Assembly: GCA_045588915.1 (NCBI GenBank)
Contig: JAZNFA010000003.1
Coordinates: 45,407 to 109,406, forward strand
Length of the DNA stretch: 64,000 bases
Reading direction: 5' to 3'
From: Clostridia bacterium
Lineage (GTDB): Bacteria > Bacillota > Clostridia > Christensenellales > UBA1242
Shown: positions 39,902 to 49,359 of the stretch, one piece after another
Position numbering within the stretch: position 1 is the first letter of the stretch
Layout: every line of letters begins with the position of its first letter
Position numbers and translations under genes: made by a program
The notes under the pieces: generated by a model
Databases searched by the model: none
The model's input: only the letters and a program-made list of their open reading frames with translations
Told to the model about the DNA's origin: nothing

Positions 39902-40888
39902 TTATTTATTCAAATTGTCATAATCAAGATTTACCAAGTTATTAAAGATAACTGTTTGGTACGCTAAATCATATTTGCGACTCTTTAAACGTAATTCTTC
40001 AAGCTTGTCAGTATCCATTTTCATCGCCTTACTCATAACACCGTACTTATTCATCATACGTTTGTTTTTATCATAATATTCTTTTTCTTTGATATTAACC
40101 CAATTTTCCATACTGTCAGTTTTCATTTCCGACAAAACTCGCCAAGCTTGCACATCGTGTTTTTTTAACATTGTTAAATTAGGTACACTATATAAGTTAT
40201 TTCTGTTGATAAAAGTCTTACGCAATGTTGAACGCAACCAAATTCCCGTAGTTGCAGTTAATGCAATTTCAATATTCTTTTTCGCAATTCCGATGTTTGT
40301 CATCATTTGCATAATTTCAATTGGAAAATTTTTGGCAAAATTAACATCTGTTTCTATCGATTTTCTATTTGCTTCGTTGAAAAAAGCATCAGGTTGATTA
40401 GTAACAATCCATTTCGCAATGTAAGCCTTCACAAAATCTTGTTCGAACTGAGAACGACGTGCCTCAAATTTTGGTGATTTTTGGACATACGCTAAAATTG
40501 TTTTCGTATTGACTGGCGCAGATTCATAAGCTGGAGAATAATAAAAAGTACTTTTTTGTAAATTACGGTAAGGCAACATTTCTTGAGATTTTTCCTCACC
40601 AAAAACAGCTTGGTCTTTTTTCAAACTGACGATTTGCGCTAAAACCCTTTCGATAAACATCGACAACCATAAGTCATCACGAGTACGAAATGGCAAAGTT
40701 TTAAAGTGGAAAATAAAATCTGATTTTCCATCATCCTTTGTTAAACCTTTAACAATCTTTTTCGTTGTTTCTTGATTGGGGAAAATATCATCCAAATATT
40801 CATCTAATAATTGAAAATCCTTAGCTAATTGTGATTTATTCACTAAACCATTTGTTGAAAACTTTGATACAATTTTTTTTAATTTCAT
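39902..40888 (-). CDS. paralog P4 of an unrecognised family (328 aa)
   Basis: LPFRTRDDLWL, YVQKSPKFEARRSQFEQDFVKAY, DAFF, TFINRN, MKMD. Confidence 0.7.
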   Translation of the reverse strand: MKLKKIVSKFSTNGLVNKSQLAKDFQLLDEYLDDIFPNQETTKKIVKGLTKDDGKSDFIFHFKTLPFRTRDDLWLSMFIERVLAQIVSLKKDQAVFGEEKSQEMLPYRNLQKSTFYYSPAYESAPVNTKTILAYVQKSPKFEARRSQFEQDFVKAYIAKWIVTNQPDAFFNEANRKSIETDVNFAKNFPIEIMQMMTNIGIAKKNIEIALTATTGIWLRSTLRKTFINRNNLYSVPNLTMLKKHDVQAWRVLSEMKTDSMENWVNIKEKEYYDKNKRMMNKYGVMSKAMKMDTDKLEELRLKSRKYDLAYQTVIFNNLVNLDYDNLNK

Positions 40889-40893
40889 AGATT

Positions 40894-40923
40894 ATTATAC
40901 TCCTTCCAAATTCCAAAAGTCAA
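40894..40923 (-). promoter_or_regulatory. P4 promoter, leaderless geometry (an alternative reading is GGAG as an SD 11 nt upstream)
   Basis: Minus strand: TTGACT (40923-40918), 18 nt, TATAAT (40899-40894), 5 nt, ATG (40888). The -35 hexamer is also the 3' arm of the AGTCAA-13-TTGACT hairpin behind P5. Confidence 0.55.
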
Positions 40924-40953
40924 GATTGTCCGATTTTTGACTAGTCTTAGAAA

Positions 40954-41904
40954 TTAACGTAAAACTAATTCAGGTTGTTTATTTTTTTCAGAATTTAAAA
41001 TATTTAAACAATCAACAACTTGTTTTTTGTACTGATAACTTAGTTTTTGCGTATTAACAACTAATTTATATTCACTATCAGCATTGTTTTTCATATTTAC
41101 TGTTGCTGGCTTTGTTTGCTTAATTACAGATTGATGTCGTTGATTGTATTTAATATCACACAAAGCATTCCAACTTTGAAATAATTGATTTTCAGTATTA
41201 ACTAAGTTTCTTGCTGCAACCGGAGATTTCTTTAACAACATTGAACGTTCTTTCTGGCTTAAAAGTAATCTTTTTTGATTAAAGACATTAACAAATGTCA
41301 ATTTTCTCGTTGTGTCATACCACAAATCTTTTTTCAATTCGATTGTGTTTTCAACCACATCTTCATCCAAACCAAGATATTTCATTGCATTAACAACACG
41401 TTCACGGAATAAAACATCATATTCCGGACTTTTAATTTCGCGTTTTTTGGTAGCAATATCAGCATAAAAATCATCACAACAAGTCTGAGCAACTTGCAAA
41501 TAAGCAGTAACTAAATTACGTTCAAAGTCACCACATTTCTTTTCAAAAACTGGCGATTCTTCCACATACATCCGAATATAATCAACCGGAATGTATTTTA
41601 GTTCTTCCGTTGCAATACCTCTTTTGGTTAAATTGTAAATGCTCTTTAAATCATCATTGTATCTTTTGTTGATGTATTTGACTAACCATTCGATGTCGTG
41701 AAGACGAAATGGCAAATAGCGTTGATCATAAATACGCGTAATTTTTTTATCATCAGTTTTAAGCACTTTCATTACTTCCAATGCAAAAGCCTTACCTAAA
41801 AACAGGAAATCTAAATGATTATCTAAAATACTAAAATATTCGCTCTTCAATTTTTGTAAATGAGCTTGTTGAAACTTTTCTGGTAATATATTTTTTAATT
41901 TCAT
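40954..41904 (-). CDS. paralog P5 of an unrecognised family (316 aa)
   Basis: LPFRLHDIEWL, YVEESPVFEKKCGDFERNLVTAY, DDFY, MKYLGLD, TFVNVF, NMK. Confidence 0.7.
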   Translation of the reverse strand: MKLKNILPEKFQQAHLQKLKSEYFSILDNHLDFLFLGKAFALEVMKVLKTDDKKITRIYDQRYLPFRLHDIEWLVKYINKRYNDDLKSIYNLTKRGIATEELKYIPVDYIRMYVEESPVFEKKCGDFERNLVTAYLQVAQTCCDDFYADIATKKREIKSPEYDVLFRERVVNAMKYLGLDEDVVENTIELKKDLWYDTTRKLTFVNVFNQKRLLLSQKERSMLLKKSPVAARNLVNTENQLFQSWNALCDIKYNQRHQSVIKQTKPATVNMKNNADSEYKLVVNTQKLSYQYKKQVVDCLNILNSEKNKQPELVLR

Positions 41905-41911
41905 TATTTAC

Positions 41912-41941
41912 ATTATAATTTATGCTAAAATTCAAAGTCAA
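41912..41941 (-). promoter_or_regulatory. P5 promoter, leaderless geometry
   Basis: Minus strand: TTGACT (41941-41936), 18 nt, TATAAT (41917-41912), 7 nt, ATG (41904). Confidence 0.65.
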
Positions 41942-41988
41942 TACACACCCAACAAAAACTTTGTCAATTTTTGACAAATTATCAAAGA

Positions 41989-42073
41989 TGGTGCGGCCGA
42001 GAGGGCTTGAACCTCCACATCTTGCGATACAGGATCCTTAGTCCTGAGCGTCTGCCAATTCCGCCACGGCCGC
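41989..42073 (-). tRNA. tRNA-Leu with encoded anticodon AAG (type II, long variable arm)
   Basis: Hand-folded. Acceptor GCGGCCG/CGGCCGC. D arm GCG-GAATTGGCAGA-CGC. Anticodon arm CAGGA-CTAAGGA-TCCTG, giving 34-36 = AAG and G37. Variable arm TATCGCAAGATGT. T arm GGAGG-TTCAAGC-CCTCT. 3' ACCA is encoded. Confidence 0.85.
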
Positions 42074-42139
42074 AATCACAATTAGCATATCAAAAAATGA
42101 ACTACCTGTAAAGCACGGCAACGGAAGTTTATTAAATTT

Positions 42140-43381
42140 TTATAATTGACTGTGGCGTACGACTTTTTGCACGGTTTCCCAATAATTAGCACGTTTAACA
42201 TCTTCCTGTACACGCACAGGGATTTCGGCAATCACTTTTCCATTATCGGTAACCAATACTTTTCCTAAATCCATTGATGTCGTTAAAGGTGCTGTGACTG
42301 TATCAGGAATTTCCAAAGCTAAGGCAATTTTTCCTGTTTGGTCTTTTCTGGTCAAATGATAGTAATTCGCAGCAGGATAAAGTGTCACTTGTTCGGCAAT
42401 CCCATTTTTTAAGTTGACCGTTTTTAATGGTTGACTTGCATCCACAATTAACTTATTTTCAAAATTTTGATAGGCATAATCTAACAAAGCACTACTTTCA
42501 TTGAAGCGTGTTTGACTGTTCGCCGCACCAATAATCACAGCAATCGGTTGCAAATCATCACGCTGGGCAGCTACCGTAATGCAATGTCCAGCTTCATTTG
42601 TAAAACCAGTTTTTCCACCCAAACAACTTTGATAACGACGAATCAATTTATTCGTATTCGTCAACCCAGTCACACGTCCCGAAGGGTGCGTTAAATCATA
42701 CATCCATACGTGATTAAAATCCCCATAGTGTGGTGATTGCATAATTTTTTGATACATTTTTGCCATATCACGTGCACAAGAATAAGCCCCCGTTGCTGGC
42801 AAACCGGTGCAATTCACAAAATTAGTATCTCGACAACCTAAGGCTTGCGCAAAAGCATTCATTTGTGTGACAAAGTTTTCCACTGAACCACTAATATGTT
42901 CTGCCAAAGCAACACAGCTATCATTCGCCGAAGCTACCACAATTGATTGAATCAAATCACGTACACTATATTCACTACCAGCATCCAAGAAAGCTTGACT
43001 GCCACCCATTGAAGCTGCACGTTCACTCACCATTACCATTTCATCCATCTTGATTTTTCCTTGCGCCAAAGCATCATAAACTACACCTAACGTTGCAACT
43101 TTGGTCATTGATGCAATTGGTAAATGTTGGTCAGCATTGTGCTCATATAATATTTTTCCACTTTTACCTTCCATCAAGAAACCAGCTTTTGCTGTAATTT
43201 TCGGAGCATTTGTTTGTTGTTCACTGTTTTGCGTATCTTTCGCTGTTTCGACAACTTGGGTTGGTGCTGTTACAGCACAATCATATTCTTTGCAACTTGA
43301 ACTACCGTGTGCTGTGACAAAATTACAAAGCGTTGCCACCGTTAAAGCTGTGATTAAAAATTTATTTGTTTTCATAAACAT
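42140..43381 (-). CDS. D-alanyl-D-alanine carboxypeptidase (PBP5/S11-like)
   Basis: Signal peptide. Active-site ASMTK, plus SAND and KTG (GGKTGFT) boxes. Start is probably the ATG at 43381 or 43375 rather than 43414. Confidence 0.88.
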   Translation of the reverse strand: MFMKTNKFLITALTVATLCNFVTAHGSSSCKEYDCAVTAPTQVVETAKDTQNSEQQTNAPKITAKAGFLMEGKSGKILYEHNADQHLPIASMTKVATLGVVYDALAQGKIKMDEMVMVSERAASMGGSQAFLDAGSEYSVRDLIQSIVVASANDSCVALAEHISGSVENFVTQMNAFAQALGCRDTNFVNCTGLPATGAYSCARDMAKMYQKIMQSPHYGDFNHVWMYDLTHPSGRVTGLTNTNKLIRRYQSCLGGKTGFTNEAGHCITVAAQRDDLQPIAVIIGAANSQTRFNESSALLDYAYQNFENKLIVDASQPLKTVNLKNGIAEQVTLYPAANYYHLTRKDQTGKIALALEIPDTVTAPLTTSMDLGKVLVTDNGKVIAEIPVRVQEDVKRANYWETVQKVVRHSQL

Positions 43382-43394
43382 AGTTTGCGAAATC

Positions 43395-44018
43395 TCATAA
43401 AGGTTTATACACAATTTTTCCTAAGACAGTCCAAAACACCAAAAATTCCAAAACACCCAAAACCACAGCAACTACAATTAACACCGATGCTCCATAGATT
43501 ACCGTTCCCCAAGGACGTTTTCCGACACACGTACGACAATAACTTCCCCATTGAAAAGCCCAAACTAATCCCACCAACAAAATTGCCGTCACTAATAACA
43601 ACCAGACAGTATAAAAAATGATGACCAAAATTGCTGGCAAACTGTAATAAAAGAAAACCCACCAAATTGCAACACTCAGCCAATAGCCGTGCATTAACAC
43701 AACAGGAAAAATCACCAAAGCTGTCACGCGCGATAGCATCGCCAAACAAAAAACCACAATTACTGGAATCGCAAGCGATAAAATACGTTGCCAAATAAAA
43801 CTACCAATACTTGACCCAATCGCCGTTGCATTTAAAATATTTCCGTCAATCAATTGATAGTTAATACCTTCAATGTCAACATTACCAATCACAATGGTAA
43901 CAATTCCTAAAACAGCACCAACCACACACCATACAGCCAACCAAATTAACGTGCGCCGATATTTTTTCCATTGCACACGCAGTTGTTCCACTAATCGGAA
44001 CCACCAAAGTGCTTGCAT
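43395..44018 (-). CDS. polytopic membrane protein (about 207 aa; SpoIIM-like in size and topology, unconfirmed)
   Basis: Five or six hydrophobic helices. Divergent from spoIVB. The start is ambiguous: GTG 44042 or ATG 44018. Confidence 0.45.
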   Translation of the reverse strand: MQALWWFRLVEQLRVQWKKYRRTLIWLAVWCVVGAVLGIVTIVIGNVDIEGINYQLIDGNILNATAIGSSIGSFIWQRILSLAIPVIVVFCLAMLSRVTALVIFPVVLMHGYWLSVAIWWVFFYYSLPAILVIIFYTVWLLLVTAILLVGLVWAFQWGSYCRTCVGKRPWGTVIYGASVLIVVAVVLGVLEFLVFWTVLGKIVYKPL

Positions 44019-44056
44019 AAATAATTTATATGAGTTTGCCACAAAATAAATGCGAT

Positions 44057-45184
44057 ATGAAATTGAAACAAAGTTTTCGTTTTTTGCGTGGCATATTGTT
44101 TTCAGTCATTGCCTTCAGTGTTTACGCTTTTTTAATCGTACCATTTGTGCACGGCATTACCACGCCAGATCGGATTGTTTTAACCCCCAGCGAATACGCC
44201 AGCCGTGCAGATGTTTCACCCGAAAATCTCACCAGCAGCGACCCCGAAACCGAAAAATATATCACGGTTAAATTATTAGGTTTCATCCCCATCAAAAAAG
44301 TCTTAGTTGATATTCTTCCCTTTGACACAATTATTGTCGGTGGAATGCCAATCGGTATTATGGGACAAATTGACGGTGTACTTGTCACAGCAACTACCAA
44401 CGATAAAACTTTACAAAAAGGCGATGTTGTCCATTCGGTCGACGGTATTTCAGTACAAACCTGCGAAGACTTCCTTAATGCAACCAATAACAAATCACAA
44501 GTAAACGTTGTCTTAACACGTAATGGCACCAAACTAAAACGCCGATTAAAAGTCAATCAAACCATTGATTTACGTGATACAACAAACGGCGTCGGTATCC
44601 TTACTTTTATTAACCCAGAAAACAATCAGTTTTCTGCGCTCGGCCATCAAATGACAGATTTTGAAACTGGCGCTAACGTTAATTTATCTGGTGGCGAAAT
44701 TCGCACAGTAAAAACTTACGGCATTATCAAAACACAAGGTAAACAAACTGGAGTTTTACAAAGTTCAATTCAACAAAACACACCAACCCAAGGTAGTATT
44801 ACCCAAGGAACAAACTTTGGTGTAAGTGGTTGCCTTACTCCGGACAGCACGATTTTAACAATGTGCGACACCACAATGCCCGTTGCCACACGTTATTATG
44901 TACAACCTGGCAAAGCAACTTTGCGCACATCATTAGACGGCACAACCATTGAAGAATTTGATTGCGAAATTTTAAAAACACGTTACCAAAACCGACGCGA
45001 TGATAAATCGATGGTCATCCGTGTTACCGACGAACGCCTACTCGACGCAACAGGTGGCATCGTCCACGGTATGAGTGGCAGTCCAATTATTCAAAACGGA
45101 CATCTCGTCGGCACACTCACCCACGCTATGACCCACGACCCAGCCAAAGGCTATGCCCTCTACATCGACTTTATGACATATTAA
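44057..45184 (+). CDS. spoIVB: SpoIVB-type (S55) sporulation signalling peptidase
   Basis: N-terminal TM helix, then a PDZ-like region. C-terminal GGIVHGMSGSPIIQNGHLVGTLTHAMTHDPAKGYALYIDFM matches the remembered SpoIVB catalytic block. Confidence 0.85.
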   Translation: MKLKQSFRFLRGILFSVIAFSVYAFLIVPFVHGITTPDRIVLTPSEYASRADVSPENLTSSDPETEKYITVKLLGFIPIKKVLVDILPFDTIIVGGMPIGIMGQIDGVLVTATTNDKTLQKGDVVHSVDGISVQTCEDFLNATNNKSQVNVVLTRNGTKLKRRLKVNQTIDLRDTTNGVGILTFINPENNQFSALGHQMTDFETGANVNLSGGEIRTVKTYGIIKTQGKQTGVLQSSIQQNTPTQGSITQGTNFGVSGCLTPDSTILTMCDTTMPVATRYYVQPGKATLRTSLDGTTIEEFDCEILKTRYQNRRDDKSMVIRVTDERLLDATGGIVHGMSGSPIIQNGHLVGTLTHAMTHDPAKGYALYIDFMTY

Positions 45185-45201
45185 CTATTACCTAACAACT
45201 T

Positions 45202-46383
45202 TTAACGTTTTTTCTTGTTTCTTTTTTCAATTTCGGCATCAAGTGCTTGACCGATAGCTTCTAACGAGAAATCGTCTTCGGCAGGTTCGGTAATTGTTTC
45301 TGCTGTTGTGGCAGCTTCAATTACCGGTTCAACCTCCACTTCTGTTTCTTCTTCAGCTACTGGTTCGTTTGCTTGTCTTTCAGCTTCTTGCTCTGCTTCT
45401 TCTTGTTTTTTTATTTCACGACGTACATCAGCAGCTAAAATATCGTCGACCAAATAGTTGATAAACTGTTCTTTTTCTTCATCAGTTAATGGTGCTTCTT
45501 CAATTTCTTGATTTTCGGTTTGAGCTGTTTCCTCTACTGGTTCAGTTACTGGTTCGTCAACTGCATTTTCAGCTACCGGTTCCGTTGGAACTATTTCAGG
45601 TTCGACCGTTTCAGATTCTTGTGTAACTGGCTGAGGATTATTCATTTGTTCAATTTCAGCATCATTATTAACTGAGCGTAATTCAACTTTATTTTCAGCT
45701 TGTTTCTGAACAATGATATAATCACGAACTTCGACAACTTGTTCTTCGGTCAATTCACCCTTCGCATCAAACAAAGGTTTTGCTTGTTTGCCAAATTTAT
45801 CTGGGTAAGCATCCACCAAAATAAAAGGTTTAGTAATACTTAAAAAATTAATACTATTTTCTTTGAGCGCCAAAAAGATGGCATCACGGTAATTATTTTT
45901 TTCTTTGTTAAAACGTTGCAGGAACATCGCCAAAATTAGTTGTACGACAGGCATAATCAAAGCTAAACCAAGACCAATCATAAATGTTTTGGTAATTACG
46001 TTAGCAATTAAAGCAATCACAGCAATTAAAATTGATGCTGCTAAAATCAAGGTTGAAAAGTTACGCTGAGTTTTAATTCCACACGCACTGTCATATTCTT
46101 TGCGAGTCATCGCACGAACACCACCATTTTTAACGGCAATTGGATACTTACATTCATTTTCATCGAACTTACGCAAAAAGTCACGATATAAATATAAAGA
46201 TTCACGTTCTTTTGCATCTTCTGGAATAAAGTTAGCACGACGCCACAACTTGGCAATACTTGTTAAAGCATTAGCACAAAAATTCTTTTCAATTTCAATC
46301 CGACGGACAGCATTAAAAGCCCAAAAGATTGACAAAACAATCAACGCAATAATAAAGCCAATAATAATGAAGTTGTAAAACAT
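45202..46383 (-). CDS. membrane protein with a long acidic E/P/V/T-rich C-terminal region (393 aa)
   Basis: TM helices in the first 160 aa. The C-terminus carries low-complexity EPV/ETE repeats. Confidence 0.5.
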   Translation of the reverse strand: MFYNFIIIGFIIALIVLSIFWAFNAVRRIEIEKNFCANALTSIAKLWRRANFIPEDAKERESLYLYRDFLRKFDENECKYPIAVKNGGVRAMTRKEYDSACGIKTQRNFSTLILAASILIAVIALIANVITKTFMIGLGLALIMPVVQLILAMFLQRFNKEKNNYRDAIFLALKENSINFLSITKPFILVDAYPDKFGKQAKPLFDAKGELTEEQVVEVRDYIIVQKQAENKVELRSVNNDAEIEQMNNPQPVTQESETVEPEIVPTEPVAENAVDEPVTEPVEETAQTENQEIEEAPLTDEEKEQFINYLVDDILAADVRREIKKQEEAEQEAERQANEPVAEEETEVEVEPVIEAATTAETITEPAEDDFSLEAIGQALDAEIEKRNKKKR

Positions 46384-46448
46384 TTTAAACCCCCAAGTTC
46401 CTGCAATATTTTAACGGAAATTATCATAAATGGCAAATAAAATTGAGT

Positions 46449-47348
46449 TTAATTAACATTACCCAAAAAGATAATTTCAGTTTCTAAAAGTACACCTGTT
46501 GCTTTTTCTACTACATCCTGAATATGATACAAAACTTGTAAAATGTCGTGACAAGTCGCATTCCCCAGATTCACAATAAAATTACAATGTTGAGTGCTTA
46601 CCTGCGCCCCACCCACGGTATAACCACCCAAACCCAAATCTTCAATTACTTTACCAACATAGAACCCATCTTTTGGGCGTTTAAACACACTACCTGCGCT
46701 CGGTTGTCTGGGATGAGCACGTCTTTTTTGCACAATTTCTTGCATACGTGTTTTAATTTTTGACGATTCATCTTTGGTTAAACGGAAATACACACCCAAA
46801 ATCACAGCTGTTTTATCCATAAAACGTGAATGACGATAACCAAAATCTAACTGATTACGTGTTAAAGTTTTTACTTCGCCATCTTCCAAAACATCAACCA
46901 TTACCACAACATCACTGATACTATGCGCAAAAGCACCACAATTCATATAGACACCACCCCCCACCGTTGCCGGAATTCCGGTTGCCCATTCCAAACCACT
47001 CAATCCGTGCTCACACGCATATTTTACCACAGCACCTAACTTCGCCCCAGCATCAGCGTAAACAAAAACATCATTATGTTCAATGTTGGTAAAATTCAAC
47101 TTAATTACGACGCCATCAAAACCATCATCACTCGCTAAGATATTTGCCCCTAAACCTAAAATAAAATATGGATATTCTAAAAAGTCTAAAGCACTAATCA
47201 ATTTACATAATGCCGTTTTTGTTTCGACCACAACAAAATAACGTGCCGGGCCACCCACACGAAAAGTTGTCCAACTTGACAATGGTTCATTTCTTTTAAC
47301 GTTTTTCTTACCACAAATATGCTGTAAATAGTTATCTAAAATTTTCAC
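46449..47348 (-). CDS. murB: UDP-N-acetylenolpyruvoylglucosamine reductase
   Basis: FAD-binding TFRVGGPA...GLGANIL. SAGSVFKRP block. Confidence 0.92.
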   Translation of the reverse strand: MKILDNYLQHICGKKNVKRNEPLSSWTTFRVGGPARYFVVVETKTALCKLISALDFLEYPYFILGLGANILASDDGFDGVVIKLNFTNIEHNDVFVYADAGAKLGAVVKYACEHGLSGLEWATGIPATVGGGVYMNCGAFAHSISDVVVMVDVLEDGEVKTLTRNQLDFGYRHSRFMDKTAVILGVYFRLTKDESSKIKTRMQEIVQKRRAHPRQPSAGSVFKRPKDGFYVGKVIEDLGLGGYTVGGAQVSTQHCNFIVNLGNATCHDILQVLYHIQDVVEKATGVLLETEIIFLGNVN

Positions 47349-47896
47349 TAATCTATAGATATGCCACTACCAGGTCGAAGTATCTTAATTTGTGCCGGTA
47401 CTTGACTGTGGTCAAATTGAACTAAAGAACTGGCAACTTGTTTTAATTTACGACCACGTACCACTGCCACATCTTGTTCGGCAAACACCATTGCACCTTG
47501 TCGCCACGAAGTTATCACCGATTGTCCGTGTAAATTTGCACTTGTTGCCACCAAAGGAACTTTACACGCAGTCAAAAGTCGGTTCAACCAACCACTACGA
47601 ATCACACGCACAGCTTGTCCATTGATAATCACAGATGTCCGTTTTTTTAATAACATTCTTTTTTCTTCGGGAGTAATTTGTCCACAATGGAGCATCACAG
47701 CATTTATTGAAGGCAATAACCAAATTAACTGCGCATCGTTCGGTTTCCCTTTTGCTAATTTTACTTTTTGCACAGCATCTTGATTGAGCGCGTGACAACC
47801 AATCCCCCAAACAGTATCGGTTGGATAAACAATAACACCACCCTGTTTAACATAGTCTGCAATTTTTTTAATTTCGTGATGACGGAAAATTTTCAT
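47348..47896 (-). CDS. Sua5/YciO/YrdC family protein (TsaC-like threonylcarbamoyl-AMP synthase)
   Basis: YPTDTVWGIGC and ...VATSANLHG motifs. 182 aa. Confidence 0.75.
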   Translation of the reverse strand: MKIFRHHEIKKIADYVKQGGVIVYPTDTVWGIGCHALNQDAVQKVKLAKGKPNDAQLIWLLPSINAVMLHCGQITPEEKRMLLKKRTSVIINGQAVRVIRSGWLNRLLTACKVPLVATSANLHGQSVITSWRQGAMVFAEQDVAVVRGRKLKQVASSLVQFDHSQVPAQIKILRPGSGISID

Positions 47897-47916
47897 AACT
47901 TATTATAAAAAAGAAA

Positions 47917-49359
47917 TTACCAACACGTCAAACGAGCCTTAACCAAATCATTTCCCAAAACACGACAGATTGCCCACAAATCTGGAGTGTTTGTTTTACC
48001 AGTCACAGCCAAACGAATTTGAGCTGTTAAATTACGCAAAGTTGGTTTATCTGGTGCACTTTCTTTGATTTTTTGCCACCAAGTATCTTTATCATCATTC
48101 GCATCATAAATTTCGGCATACTTTTTCAACATTGCACCATCAAGGTTTTGTCCATCAACAATAATTTCATCCCAGACATAACTATACAAATCTGGAATAT
48201 CTTCAAACTTAATCAAGTCTTTACGTGGACGTTCGCCACCACGTTCGACACCAAGCATTGCTTCGATACGAGTTTTGATAGTTGGTGTTAATTTTGGCAA
48301 TTTTTGCCAATCCCACTCATTAAAAAGTTTTACCATTGTTGCGTGGTCATAACGAGCCCAAACATTTTTGGCGATATCGTTAAATTTTGGCAAATCAAAT
48401 AAAGGATTATTTGTCCCAATTTTACTAATTTTAAATTCAAAATCCGTCAAAGGTGCTGTTGGATTCGCCATACGCCACAATTCAAAATCACTATTATAAA
48501 TTGTTAATAAATACTCAAAAATTGCATCACGTGGATAACCAGCATCAACCAAATTCATTACCAAAGCTTGTGGGTCTTTGCGTTTTGAAAGTTTCCTTTT
48601 TTTTCCATTATCTTCAATATTGATAGTCGGCATATGTAAATATTGCAAACGTGGAAAACCTAACAAATCACACAATTGCATATGTTCGGCAGTGGAAATT
48701 AACCACTCTTCTCCACGTACCACCAAAGCTGTACCCATTAAAGTATCATCAATGACGTGAGCCAAATTATAAGGGGGTAAACCATTTGCTTTCAAAATAA
48801 TTGGGTCATTTTGTTGAGGTTGTAACGCAATTTCCCCACGTGCAGCATCGTGAAACACAATGCGCTCGCCCCAATCTTGATAACCAAAATTTGCACGAAT
48901 CACATAAGGTTCACCGGCAGCTAAACGTTTTTGCACTTCATCGGCACTTAAATGACGACACTTTGCATATTTACCATAATAACCCGTTGGCTCATTATTT
49001 TTGGTTTGCGTTTCACGCATCTGTGTTAAATCCTCTTCGGTACAGAAACAATAATATGCTTTTCCTTGTTGCACTAAATCGTGAGCATATTTTTGGTAAA
49101 TGGCAGCACGTTCACTTTGAACATAAGTTTCAGCAAACTCAAATCCAAAATAACGGAAAGTTTGATTCATCTTTTCCACAGCATCAGCAACATAACGTTT
49201 ACCATCAGTATCTTCAATACGCAAATAAAAGCGACCACCGTTTTGGCGTGCTAAGTAAGAATTTGCTAATGCCGTTGCCACCGTACCTAAATGGACATAG
49301 CCAGTTGGACTCGGCGCAATACGATAACCGTTAATTTTATTAGAGTGGCAATTTTTCAT
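47917..49359 (-). CDS. gltX: glutamate--tRNA ligase
   Basis: RIAPSPTGYVHLG (HIGH-type) and KLSKRK (KMSKS-type). 480 aa. Confidence 0.92.
   Translation of the reverse strand: MKNCHSNKINGYRIAPSPTGYVHLGTVATALANSYLARQNGGRFYLRIEDTDGKRYVADAVEKMNQTFRYFGFEFAETYVQSERAAIYQKYAHDLVQQGKAYYCFCTEEDLTQMRETQTKNNEPTGYYGKYAKCRHLSADEVQKRLAAGEPYVIRANFGYQDWGERIVFHDAARGEIALQPQQNDPIILKANGLPPYNLAHVIDDTLMGTALVVRGEEWLISTAEHMQLCDLLGFPRLQYLHMPTINIEDNGKKRKLSKRKDPQALVMNLVDAGYPRDAIFEYLLTIYNSDFELWRMANPTAPLTDFEFKISKIGTNNPLFDLPKFNDIAKNVWARYDHATMVKLFNEWDWQKLPKLTPTIKTRIEAMLGVERGGERPRKDLIKFEDIPDLYSYVWDEIIVDGQNLDGAMLKKYAEIYDANDDKDTWWQKIKESAPDKPTLRNLTAQIRLAVTGKTNTPDLWAICRVLGNDLVKARLTCW

Noticed and set aside
36825-42073. The paralog array as a tRNA-integrated mobile genomic island
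   Set aside because: No integrase, recombinase or transposase was found. There is no direct repeat of the tRNA-Leu 3' end at the distal (36.8 kb) boundary. Composition and promoter style are indistinguishable from the rest of the window.
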